From assembly GCF_009914755.1 (NCBI RefSeq), contig NC_060933.1: a stretch of DNA of 64,000 nt. One strand, written 5' to 3'. This document shows positions 29,376-41,346 of the stretch, piece by piece. The translations under genes were made by a program, and so were the position numbers. Under the pieces are notes generated by a model, which was not told where the DNA came from, ran no database searches, and saw nothing but the letters and a program-made list of their open reading frames with translations. The stretch comes from the human T2T-CHM13v2.0 reference genome, Homo sapiens. How positions within the stretch are numbered: the stretch's first letter is position 1; each line of letters starts with the position of its first letter.

Positions 29376-30229
29376 AGTGCTCATGATACAGTATGTTTTT
29401 GAAAGTCATTGTGAGTCCTTTTGAAAAGAAGGTAGATGGAAATGAAGACAGAAAAGCAGGGAGAAGATAATGAGTGGGAAATTAAAAGAAGCTCAGGAAA
29501 GGGAGGAGACAGGAAGATACACCTATTAGTCTGCATTTCTGGTTTGGCAAACTGATGAAGATCTAGATCCCCTTCTTGATAGAAGTAAGGAAAAAGGCAA
29601 TATGCTCTTTTCTGGACCTATTTTTTAAGTGCTTAAAGTTTGGGAAAAAGTTGATGTCTGATGTCTGTGGTGGGGGACTGTCATGAGAAAAAGTGATTTC
29701 TGATTCCTTAAATTCTATTCCAGTGTATAGACTATAAATTTCAAAAAATATACACAGCTATACACCTGTGGAATTATTTTTCTTCAAGTGGATACATTTC
29801 ATGACTTCACAACTCATTGTAAAAAAGTAGTTGATTTGCTTTATGTGAAATAGAAGTTGGAGCTTAAAAAGAAAGTCAACCTTTTCTCTCTCCAGGATAT
29901 CCAGCATGAAGCCACATTACCATTCCTCCCTTTTGCACATACACATCTGACTTCTCCTGGGCCTACAGAATGCAGTTTGATTCTTCTTTGCATTTCCCAA
30001 TCTGTGCTGTACTGCTACCATAGTGATGCTGTAGCCACAACAGAAAAACTTACCCGTAGAATTAGCAATGATTCAGAATATGAGCTGAGCTGGATCTGAT
30101 GGCTGAACAACATGGTACCACGGAAAGTGAATTCCATTGACAAGCAGGAAGAAGAGCCGCATGAAAAGAGGAAGGTGATATTTCAGATTTCCAGACTCCA
30201 GTTTTCTATCAAGTTGGATAATAACTTTT

Positions 30230-30712
30230 TTTTTCAAGTTTCAGTTATTTATTAATCAGTGTAATCTCCCCAGTAGATTACATCAACATGATTTCATGCA
30301 TTTAGAGGAGAAATATTTCCTGGTTAAGTGGAAAATTGTGTGGATTGCTTCTGGAAGACCTTCATTCTAAAGCAGCTTTATAGTGAAACATTTCATTTAG
30401 AAATCTGGACCTTCTTTCTTCAGTTGGCTGTAATCCACATTCACTGAGTAGAACTTGTATAGATCATTGGGACCCAGTTTGTTCCAGGGCTCTGGGTTAT
30501 TCTTTCTGTCCCAACTAACATCTGGATTGAACAATGCCAGACACAAGAGATACAGTGCTGCTCTAGTACCTCCAGCTCCAGTAAATACAAAAAAGGGGGA
30601 TCAAGTTCAGATCCTCTGACTGATGATCTGGTGGAACATGTTTGCGGCAGAGGCCTCCGATTGGAAAGGAAAGAACCAGCGTAGCCACCAGGCCCTGGGC
30701 TAAGTAGTATCT
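30230..30712 (-). pseudogene. NDUFA4 (COXFA4) processed pseudogene
   Basis: Intronless; ATG 30639, TAA 30397; ...[46 protein letters not shown]; premature TGA at codon 11; AATAAA 30248-30253; short T tail; TSD g(t/c)tggataataactttt at 30213 and 30713. Confidence 0.92.
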
Positions 30713-31779
30713 GCTGGATAATAACTTTTAAGATCACAAAAGACACCTACACAGATAAAACAAGGTTTTCCTTTCTCTATCCTCTCTCATCACCAAATGT
30801 CCAGCTTAGAGTCGCCCTCTTTCAAAAATACCAAACACATCTCAGGGTAGGTCATTTCCTGTGGTCCCCAGTGTGGGTAAAATCCTTGGCTCTACAGATA
30901 CATTTCAAATGGGTTTGTTTTGGAGGCATATTCCTCTCTAAATCCTAAATACTCTGTTGACACTCTTAATCTGGAATTTTTGAGGGGTAGAAAAGGGAAG
31001 TGCGATCTGAAATGTTATCCCAGTTTCATGTTTGAACTTGTTAAGAAAATACCTCTGTCCTCAGTGACGTACTCTTTTGGGTTTGGATGTGGTATCCTAG
31101 AAGTTCCAAATGATGAAAACTTTAAATGGATGAGTTCTCATGGAGATAATTTCTAAATGCTTATGCAGTTAAAACTAAAGCTATGCCTCTGTGATTCCAG
31201 TAATGAGACTCTTCCCCCTCACCCAGCCAAATACCTCCAATGACAGACATCAAATACCTCCAATGACAGACATTGAGATTTATACTATAAAACAAAATGT
31301 CACCCCACCATCCTGATACCAAAAATCTGATCTTATAGGGGTAGAGGATTAGGAAAACCATGAGGAGCCCAAAAGAAGAATACATTGTGTGCCTTTACAT
31401 TTCCTGTTAGGGCATCCTTCCATCCCCAGATAACTAGCGTGGGATGTCCCTTGCTCTGGTCTCTGTGCTATCTCCTAGAGACCTGGCCACACCTACAGCA
31501 TTTTGCAGGTCAGAGGCCAGAAGAACATGAATCCTGGCTCTGTCAGAGTCTTCAGAAAAGAACATCTATAAGAAAGACATCTTTTTCTTGCCACTTCTCA
31601 TAATCATAATTTTGATGCACTTTGGGCCAAAAGTTCCTTTTTTTCATGGGGAATGGAGGTGAGTGAGGGAAGAATAAAGATGTGGGTTGATAAAAATATT
31701 TTTCAGTGTTGAGCAGCATTTGTGCACAAAGCATGTGGCACAAGATTGCCAGATGCCAATCCAGTAGCAAATACTCCTT

Positions 31780-32160
31780 TTCATCCTTTGTGATAGATTC
31801 TAGAGCAGTGTGCCCAAATGAAAAACTACATTTCTCTCTCACTTCTCAGGGTTGGGGTGTGAATGAGATATAAGCTGAAGTAGTTGGGTGAGTTTTGCAG
31901 GAAAGCTTCTCCTGCTGTCTGGAATGCAGACATGAAGCTTGGAACTCTTACAGCCATCTTGGACTAAAAAGCGATCTTACAAAAAAAAGCTTCAAGTTAA
32001 AGATGGCAAAGCAAATGAAGGAAGTCTCAGATCCTTGGTCACCATGGAGCCTCAATCCTGGTCCTCCTTCTTCCAGACTTCTTTCACTTGAGAAGGTTAA
32101 CTATTTTTTTTTCAAGTTACTGTTACTTTGTCTTATTATATGCTATTAAACAATCCAATA
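31780..32160 (+). mobile_element. MLT1J/K-like LTR relic
   Basis: aaaaactacatttc...gaatgagatataagctgaagt...tgtctggaatgcagacatgaagcttgga. Confidence 0.5.
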
Positions 32161-32644
32161 TGGATTATGAAGAGGAATACCCAGTTATTTGAAGTTGTTT
32201 CATACTCAGTTTGTTAAAATCATAAGGTTATAATTTTCATGTTGGATGGTAGTTTCAAGGATGTTTATTATTATAATATTATATGATTATTGTTATGCAT
32301 AGATAATAATAATTACATTCTCTACCACAGGGAGCCATTTTTTTCAGATTAGAACCCCAAATTGAAAAGCCATCAAGGTCTTTCATAAAAGAAAATGAAT
32401 TGAAAAGTTCTGGGGTGGGAGGTGGAGGTAAGAGAGGTGGTAACCTGGGAAAGCCTGGAAAAAGTCCTGGGAAGACAAGCTTATAGCATCCTGGTTCCCC
32501 TCTGGAAATCCCCCTTTTTGATTCTACCCTAAACTTCTCCCCTCCCCAAATCATTCACTGGGTACCAATTGTGGTAAGAAGAGTTTGCTATGTTTCCCTA
32601 TTCTTTTGTTCTGTTCTGCTTTTAAAAAATTGGACTTTCAGGGT

Positions 32645-35600
32645 TGTTAAATAAAATTTATAGGAGGCCATTGTTTTGGACTGAGCTCCTGCACTAGACC
32701 CAAATGGATCAAACCAAAATGTAGTCCATGCTAAGTACCACATAATCAAACTGAAACTCAAAGGAAGGAAGACAATCCCCCAAAAGGCCAGTTTTTTTCT
32801 AAAAAAGTGGGAGATTCACAGCAAACAATCAGAAAGGGACCAATCAACCTGAGCCAGCATGATAAGGAAGTCCTCTCTACTTTATCCCTTACTACGAAAG
32901 TAACCTGATATTAACCAGTCTGCTTTCTGTTTTTTATTTTTTATTTGTTTGTGTGTGTGTGTGTGTTTGGTTTTTTTTTTTTTTTGTTTTTGGTTGGTTT
33001 CTTGGTTCTTGTATTACTCTCTTTTCTTTTTCCTGCTTAATCTACCTTACAAAAAAACCACTGTTCTGTTATGTTCAGTGGAGTTTCCCTGTATTTGTAG
33101 GTGGGATGCTGCCTGGTTCATGAGTCACTAATAAAAGCCAATTACATCTTTAAATTAAATTTGTTGAAACTTTATTTTTAACAATTCTGGCAACCACAAA
33201 GGGACCCAAAGGAAAGACTGCTGATACCTTTAAAGTCTACTGTCTTCCTCATAGAGCCTGGAAGTCATGAGCAACTTTCTCTCTCTTTCTGTGCCTCTCT
33301 GTTTCTCTCAGGTCCAAGCTCTGCTGTCTTTTACATTTGAGCACCCTGATCTCTTTGGCTTTTTTGTCCCAAGAGTTTGTTTGTGCTGTCATAGGGCATA
33401 TGATTTTGGGTGTTAACAGTGATCAGTGGGCTTTAGTTTTAAAGGTAACTGAGAGCAATTGCAGTAAATGGCAGTTACTTCCAGAAGGTGACTCCACCTT
33501 TCACAAGTTTTCAGAAATTTGGGTTTCCTTCCCTTCATTACTTTTATTCTAATGGGCTAAGGTAAGGAAAAATCACTGGCTAAGTTGGTCAAGGGAATCT
33601 CAGAGCCAAGCCACAACTTGGCTGGTGGGCATTGGGTTGGGCACCAAAAAGCTGCCAGTGGACCCTGTCACCTACAAAAAGACTCCTATGTTAGGATAAG
33701 TTGGTCATAGATGGGTTAGATGATACTAGGTCACCCACCAACCTCAAGAAAATGTCTGTGCAATGAAGAACATGATGAAAATAGCACACAACTGAACCCT
33801 ATGACATTTCCTCCTTAAGCTTTTATCTCAGCTCTGAGAGACCCAAGTTTCAATGTAAAAATGGGATCCTACTATCTAAAGGACTGAGTACTCCACTTTG
33901 CAGTAAGCCTATCTTTTTCACATATGAAAATTATGGCTCCAGAAGCTGTGAATACTTACAAAAGTGGCATTTTTTTTTACCAAAGATAATTCAGAATTAC
34001 AATAGCCATATGTGGAACATTCCAAATGGAGAAGATTGTTCATCTAAAAGGGGTACTTGAAACCCAGGTTTCCTGAATTAGGAAGACAGAATTGGATGCG
34101 TATTTTAATTGACAGATAGAAGCTTCTAAGAGATTACAAGATTCTAAAATGGACATTTTAGATTTATTGCAAAAAGCTAATGAAAAATTGAAAATACAAG
34201 CTATATCCCACACCAAGGACGGTATGATTGATAGGAGTCCTACTGCCCCTCTCTATTCTCCTTTTCTTGGGTATTTCCAGCCTACTGACCCTCTGTCTGA
34301 ATTATCTTTCTTCTCTGAATAAAAAAAAATGGTTATATAGTTTCCTTATAAGAAACAACCATCTGAGAATTCAGGAGATAGTCCTCGAGTGACTTCTGAT
34401 CTTTGGACAAAAAATGAGGGCTAGAGTTAAAGAATTTTCCAAACCTAGGGCTTTAGTTAAAGAATTTTCCAAACCTAGGGAAGCTTTCTTCTTTAGCATT
34501 CTGCCTTCTACACAGTGGATAATACAACCCAACCAACCCTACCCACCCCCTTTGTAAATGGACTCTTCCCTGAAATTATCTGGTTCGTAAAAACACAAAA
34601 GATAGGTAGGTGCCTACAGGTTTAGCTGAATTAGTGATTATAGCTGAATATTTTGAAAGGACCTTAGAATAAGATAAAAAACAAAGAGCTTCCAAATATT
34701 GATTTTGCAATTTCAGCAACTCCATAGCACCAACAATTTAAATGACCTTTGGACCTACCACAGTGCTTTCTTAAGAAGTTACCCTTAAAAAAGCAGTTTC
34801 CAATAAAATGTTGCCATTTGTGCAAACAACTGGGACATTGGAATAGGAACTGCCCTCAAAGATTTCAAAGGAGGCCTCTAAACACAGGCTGCCTATTCTC
34901 CAGTAGTAGGTGACATGACACCAGGACTGATGGGCCCCTGTGGAAAACTATAGTAAGCCGCTACCAGTTATGCATTTAAATAGTCAGGAGGATACAAAGA
35001 TAAAAATCCATTGGACATCTCACCCAATTTTGGTAGACACTTGAGGCACTCTTTTTACTTTACACCCCACTTTTACAAGATAGCCTTTCTCTTGGAACAA
35101 AAAGGAAATGTTAGCTGTGGAGGTATGAAATCAAATTCAAGAAGAATTTGCTTCTCAACCTATACAAGTGACTCAAGGCCCTTTTCTGAAAAACATTGTA
35201 TTTTGCTGTGTAACACAACTCTGGTCAAGTTATTGGGCAGAGACCTTCTGTCTGAGCTAAAAGGCCTGATATGATTTGCCTCTAACAGAGACTTGACTCT
35301 GAAATTTCCTGACTCACCTGAGCCAGATCTCCTGTGCGCTTGACCATCTGTCCTAGATACAGAGGAAGAGGACGGTCTACAAAATGCCCCTGACTTAACC
35401 GAGAAACTCAGTGGCATATTGGCCATGTCTAATACTAGTATTGAAAGAATAAAAAGTGCAGAGCCTATTAAAATTTAAATAGACCCCACTAAGCCTCTTC
35501 CCAAATTCCCTTAACATCCATTAAAGCTGGAGGCCATACAAAGTCTTGAGCCAATAATAGAAGATTCAATTGCTCAGAGATTAATTATATCATGTACCAA

Positions 35601-38600
35601 TCCTTGTAACTCCCCAGTCTTCCCTGTAAAAACCTAACAGCCAAAGGTAGCAATTTGTTGAGGATTTACAAACCTTTAACAGGATAGTTATTTCCCATTT
35701 TCCCGTGGTTCCAAACCCTACTCTTTTGTCACAGCTTCTCCCAAATTCTAAGTGGTTTACAGTGGTATACCTATGATTAACCTTCCTTAGCATTCTAGTT
35801 GACCCCAACAGTCAATATCTGTTTGCTTTCACCTGGAATAATCAATAATATACCTGGATAATCATGCCTCAGGGGTTCACTGAAGGCCCCTCCTATTCCT
35901 CTCAAGTGCTTGAGACTTGAGTGCTCTCCAGTTCCTAGAGGCTTGACTCTCTCTTGCAATATGTGGATGGCCTCTTACTGTGTTTGCTGACTAAGGAGGT
36001 ATCCCAACAGGACTCTATCTATCTGTTACAATGGTTAGTAGAGAAGGGACATAAGGTTTCCCAAGACAAATTATAGTTATCATCAGATACTGTTCACTAT
36101 TTGGGACATGATCTAAGTGCTGCAAGTCTCCAACTGTCTCCTAATAAAGTTAGGCTTATCCAAGATTTGCCCAGACCTGTAAATAGGAGACAACTTTGCA
36201 GGTGTTTAGGTTTAGTTGGATATTGCTGTCTGTGAGTCCCTAATATTTTCCTATTAACATTTATGAAGTCTAAAAGCTCAGTTCTTGAACCCCTAAAAGC
36301 TCAGTTCTTGAACCCCTTCCTTGGGAAGAAAAAACACGAGACAGCCTTTGTAGGATAATAAGGGCATTACAAAATAACAAAGCTCCCCTGCTTTGGGATT
36401 GCTCAATTATTCAAAACCTTCCACCCTGTTTGTGCAAGAGAGTAATAACCAGACTTTGGGAATGGTCACACAGCTACATGGTGGAAAGCTTGGGCCATGG
36501 ATTATTATAGTGCTTAATTAAACTCAGTCACTAGGGCATACCCAAATTGCCTTAAAGCTAGATGTGTTGGAAAAACTGGTTGTAGCTTCTGGAAATCTGA
36601 TCTTAGGTAATGCTGTGTATCCCCACACACCACTTGCAGTACAGTCTTCTCAATTCTAGCTGTGTCCAACATCTTTTTGAGAGCAGACCAATCTCTTATG
36701 AAATCCTTTTAATCTCACTGTTTAATCTTCATTTGAAATGCTATCATGCTCCCAATCCTACTTTGTTACCCTTATTTGATGAAGGTCAACCACATGACTG
36801 TAAAATGGTAACCTCTCAATCAGTCATTATTTCCCATCTTGATTTACAGGACATTCCTTTTCAAAATCCTTTTTGAGTGTTTTTTTTTTTTTTGGATGGA
36901 TCTTAATGTTAAAGATCAGGAAGAAAACTTTTGTGCTGGATATGCATTCACCATCCAATATGAGTTCATTGAAAGTGGCAAACTTCCCTTCTTGAAGTCC
37001 GCTCAACAGGCAGAGCTTTGTGCACTTGCCCGTGCCTGTATTTTATCTAAAAACCAGTCTGACTGACAGTTGCTATGCCTTTGCGGTAGTTCATAACTTC
37101 GGAATGCTTTGGAAACAAAAAGATTTCTTCACATCTGCAGGCACGTCAATAAAATATGACCCATAAGTTGATGAGTTCCTTACTGCTATACTGCTGTCTA
37201 AAGAGATTGCTATCATAACAAAGAGGCTCCTATAAAAAGCCTCTATTGCTATCAGGGAGATGCTCTACCCAGCTTTCATGCCAAAACTATTACTCCACCC
37301 TGTGAGGTCTGTTATGTAAATCCTTCAGCTAAAAAGAAAAACTATAAAGCAACGGTCCTCAACCTTTTTGGTGACTGGCTTCGTAGAAGACAGTTTCTCC
37401 ACAGACAGGGTCGGGGGATGGTTTCAGAATGATTCAAGTGCATTACATTTATTGTGCACTTTATTTCTATTATTATTACATTGTATTACATAATGAAATA
37501 ATTATAGAACTCACCATAATGCAGAATCTACGGGAGCCCTGAGCTCGTTTTCCTGCAATTAGATGGCCCTATCTGAGGGTGAGGAAAGACCATGACACCC
37601 GAAATGTGTTGCTTACATTCAGTCTACTCTGTAACCTCGTTTTATTTGCTGTCACTGCAGAAAACCCTGTTTCACAAAGGTAGGATGTTAGAAATGGAAA
37701 CAGGCTTTTCAGTGCTCTTGTGGCAATTGCCGGATATTCCACCTTGACAGTTAGGATTTGAAGTTGTCTTAAACATCCTTTTAAGGCCACTGTCACTTGC
37801 AGTGTCAAGCAGTTGATCCTCTTCTAGCGTGGACAAAGTCAATTCACCTGGCTTATTCACAAATGGGTCGTGTATCCATTCCTTCCCAGTCTGGGGGTCT
37901 TTTGTGGTTGGGAAGTAATGCTCAGACTCTTTTGAAAGCTGAGATAGGTGATCACCCACCAGCTGAAAGAAAGAAGGCCCTGGCTCAGTCTCTCTCAAAG
38001 TCTCTCCTAATGTTTGAAACATGTCAGAAATCCCCACGTTCACTAGTGGCCCCCATAATTTTAGTTTGGCTTTGAATGCTGCCACTTTATCTGCCAACTT
38101 GAACCCAGTTGTTGTTCTCCCCCAAAGTGACAGGTTGAATTTGTTGAGCAGGTTGAATATGTCACACAAGTAAGCAAGTTTTGTGACCCATACTGTGTCA
38201 CTGAAATGTGCTGCCAGTGGTGACTATTTTTCTAAAAGAAATCTTTGAAGTGGCTCTTGTAATTCAAAAACTCTGGCCAGCAATCTACCTTTAGAAAGCT
38301 ATCTCACTTCTGTATATAAGAGAAGGCCTGTGTGCTCTGCATCCATCTCCTCACAGAGCTGCACAAACAGACATCAGTTAAGGGCATGTACTTTGATGTG
38401 GTTGATCATTTTAATCACATGCTGCAAAATGATAAGTTCAGGTGATGTTTCTCAGCTTGCAAGCATTTCTCTATGGATGACATGGTGCATTTCTCTATGG
38501 ATGACACGGTGCAGCTAGCAAGCATTTCTCTATGGATGACACGGTGCTTCTGACTCACATTCAGAAGCAACCTCTTGGACCCTAGTAGTGAAACCAGAAA

Positions 38601-41346
38601 GCCGTCCAGTCATGGCAGCCACTCCATCTGTGCATATGTGACACAAGATGACCATTTCAGTTTTCCTGATATGTAATCGTTCAAAGACTTGAATAGTTCT
38701 GCAGCCATAGTGTTGGTTGGCAACGAAAAGTGCACATAACACATCCTCATGCACATCCTCCTGAAAAATATAGTGCACAAAAACAAGCATTGTTGCCTTG
38801 TTGTCAACATCAGTAGGCTCATCAACCTGGATTGTGTACCACAGCCACTCATTCATCCTCTCTAACAGTTGTGCCTCAGTATCCTCTGCTATTTCATCAA
38901 TTCATCTAGTTATGGTGCTAGGTGAAAGAGGAACACATGCCACCTTTTGAACTGCAGTCTGTCCTAAAGTTCATGATATATGTCCTTAGCAACAGGCAGG
39001 ATCAATTCTTCACCAATAGTAAAGGGCTTCTTAGCTTTAGCAGTGCAGTTAGCCACCAAGAATTATTCTGAGTGCAGACACATTTGATGAAGCGGTGTCC
39101 TTCAATAATTGCTTCTGTTCGTTATGTTCATGTTTTTTTTTTCTTTTGAAAAACTGCAGAGGCTTACCTTTTAATGCAGGGTGCTTTGTCTCTATGTGGT
39201 GAAGCAGTTTTGAAGGTTTCATGGCTTTGTTGGATAGCCAGTTGCCATATGTTATACATAGTGGGCTTGGAGAATGTGACTCACCTGTTGCAATAGACCT
39301 GTAATTTAAGTAGGACACTTGGTATTTTCTTTTAAATGGAGCTTTCTTTTTGCTCACAGTCTTAGTCTTCTGCTGTTTCATAATTGGGTATTTTCCCCTT
39401 TTCAAAGAAGCTCTCCATTGACGTTTGTTTTTTACTCATTTTGGCTATGGTTAGCATGTGGGCTTACCAAAACTGTGACTGTGACAAGTACACAATGCGG
39501 GAAAGAGTCACGGACAGCAGTGATGAATAAAATAACGGGTGGGCCACACGTGGACTAAAATAAGTCTCAGATTCTGACTTAAAGCCTGCCACCAGATGCA
39601 GCTATACAATTGAAGTACCTCAACTTACTTTCCACTATAAAGCCTGCCACCAGATGCAGCTTAATTGTCACTTGCCACTCTCTGATAGGGTTTTGATATG
39701 AGTCTACAAGCAATTGATTTATTATGGTCTCTGTGCAGTCAAACCTCTCTGCTAATGTTAATCTGTATTTGCAGCTGCTCCCTAGCGCTAGCATCACTGC
39801 CTCAGTTCCACCTTAGATCATCAGGCATTAGATTCTCATAAGGAGCATGAAACCTAGATCCCTCACATGTGCAGTTCACAATAGGGTTCTTATTCCTATG
39901 AGAATCTAATGCTGCTGCTGATCTGACAGGAGGTAGAGCTCAAGTGGTAATACAAGTGATGGGGAGTGGCTTTAAATACAGATAAAGCTTCACTTGCTCA
40001 CCTGCCACTCACCTCCTGCTGTGTGGCCCAGTTCCTAACAGGCCAAGGACCTGTTACCAGTCCAGGTAGCAGGGAGCATGCTTTATAGCAGGGGTCTCCA
40101 AACCCCAGGCCACAGACCGGTTAAGCAGGGGTTGGGGATCCCTGCTATAAAGCACATTTCCTGCTACCTGACTTTGCCTCTTTAAACCCAGATACTGTTG
40201 GCTATGGACAACAAAGTGCTTCTAAGCATGAAAAAGAATATTGTCAATGAGTGGGATGCTATTTTAATTTCTTTTCCTAACTGTGGGAAAATGAAGAGGG
40301 TTATATGGTGTTCCCAGGCTTCCTTAAGGGACCTTTGTTAGGCTCCTTACATTTCTTTATCCATAATGGTATTGGTAAGATGATACAAAGAATCAGTAGG
40401 TATTGGTGAGGAAACCATTATAAAATTGCAAACATTATTTATAATCAGTGCTTAATCGGTCAACCTCTGAAGCCAGGAAAGTCTGTTTCTGTTCTTCCTG
40501 GGATGACTCCTGTCCATCAGGCCCATCTGAGCATTTATAATTAGATTTCAATTAACTCCTACCAAGTATGGGTTATCAAGATGTACTTGCTATAGTCTGT
40601 ATGTTTTCTGGATGGGTCAGACCTAGGATGGGATAGTCTTCCTGGTGCATGCTCTCAAAAGTCTTAAATTCCTGCATGCAGTCATCCACCCAATGCCAAA
40701 TAGTCTCTCTCCAGCCAGAATGACAAAAACTCAAAGAAATGTGTAATAATGAGGACACTCTAACCTGTGAATAATGTGTTGAGACTGAAAATCCAGAATG
40801 ATGATCACTGAGTGTAGCACTGATGCCCTAAGTCTCACCTGGGTGAGAGCCTGACCAAAAGCAGGGGTTTGTTAAATAAAATATACAGGAAGCCATTGTT
40901 TTGGATTGAGCTCCTCTGCTAGACCCCAACAGACCAAACCAAAATGCAGTCACTCATGCTGATTGCCACATAATCAAACTGCAACTTTAAGGAAGCAAGA
41001 TAATCCTCACCCCGCCCTGCCCGTCCCAAAGGCCAGTTTTTCCTAAAAATACGAGATTCACAGCAGCCAATCAGAAAGGGCCCAGTTACCCTGAGCCAAC
41101 ATGCTCTCTGCTTTAACCCTTACAAAGAAAGTGACCTGAAGTAACCTGATGTTAACCAATCCACATTTATTTTTGTGTTTTTCTGTTTCCTTGTTCTTGC
41201 TCAAGCTATCTCACAAAACTGACTGTTCTGCCATGTCCAGTGGAGCTTCCCTCTATTTTTACATGGGAGGCTGACTGATTCATGAATCACTAGTAAAAGC
41301 CAATTAGACATTTAAACTAAATTGGTTGAAATTTTGTTTTTTAACA
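32645..41346 (+). mobile_element. Two-LTR ERV1 provirus (MER67/MER31-like LTRs); degraded gag-pro-pol, env largely deleted
   Basis: LTRs 32645-33183 and 40870-41346 (TG...CA); flanks gggt/ggat; tRNA-Arg type PBS tggcaaccacaaagggac 33188-33205; CCHC knuckle CHLCKQLGHWNRNC 34812-34853; protease LVDT and LLGRDLL; RT MPQGF and QYVDGLLL (35960); RNase H SAQQAELCAL; integrase remnants after 40150; PPT aaaagcagggg. Confidence 0.88.
37350..40144 (-). mobile_element. Near-full-length Charlie3 (MER1-family) hAT DNA transposon, transposase disrupted
   Basis: TIRs caacggtcctcaacc / ggttggggatccctg; perfect 8-bp TSD CTATAAAG (37342-37349, 40145-40152); BED finger (39049-39405), IQVDE and CTDG, IHRE, EVR*LS, YLCETGFS motifs spread over several frames. 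Confidence 0.9.

Noticed and set aside
37569-39405. Domesticated ZBED/Buster-like gene
   Set aside because: Transposase is split over several frames with stops (e.g. the conserved Trp in EVRWLS is a stop) and still has TIRs and TSD
39578-39662. Direct repeat taaagcctgccaccagatgcagct, twice, CTCF-like
   Set aside because: As I recall, part of the MER1/Charlie3 consensus; also lacks the GG needed for a good CTCF match
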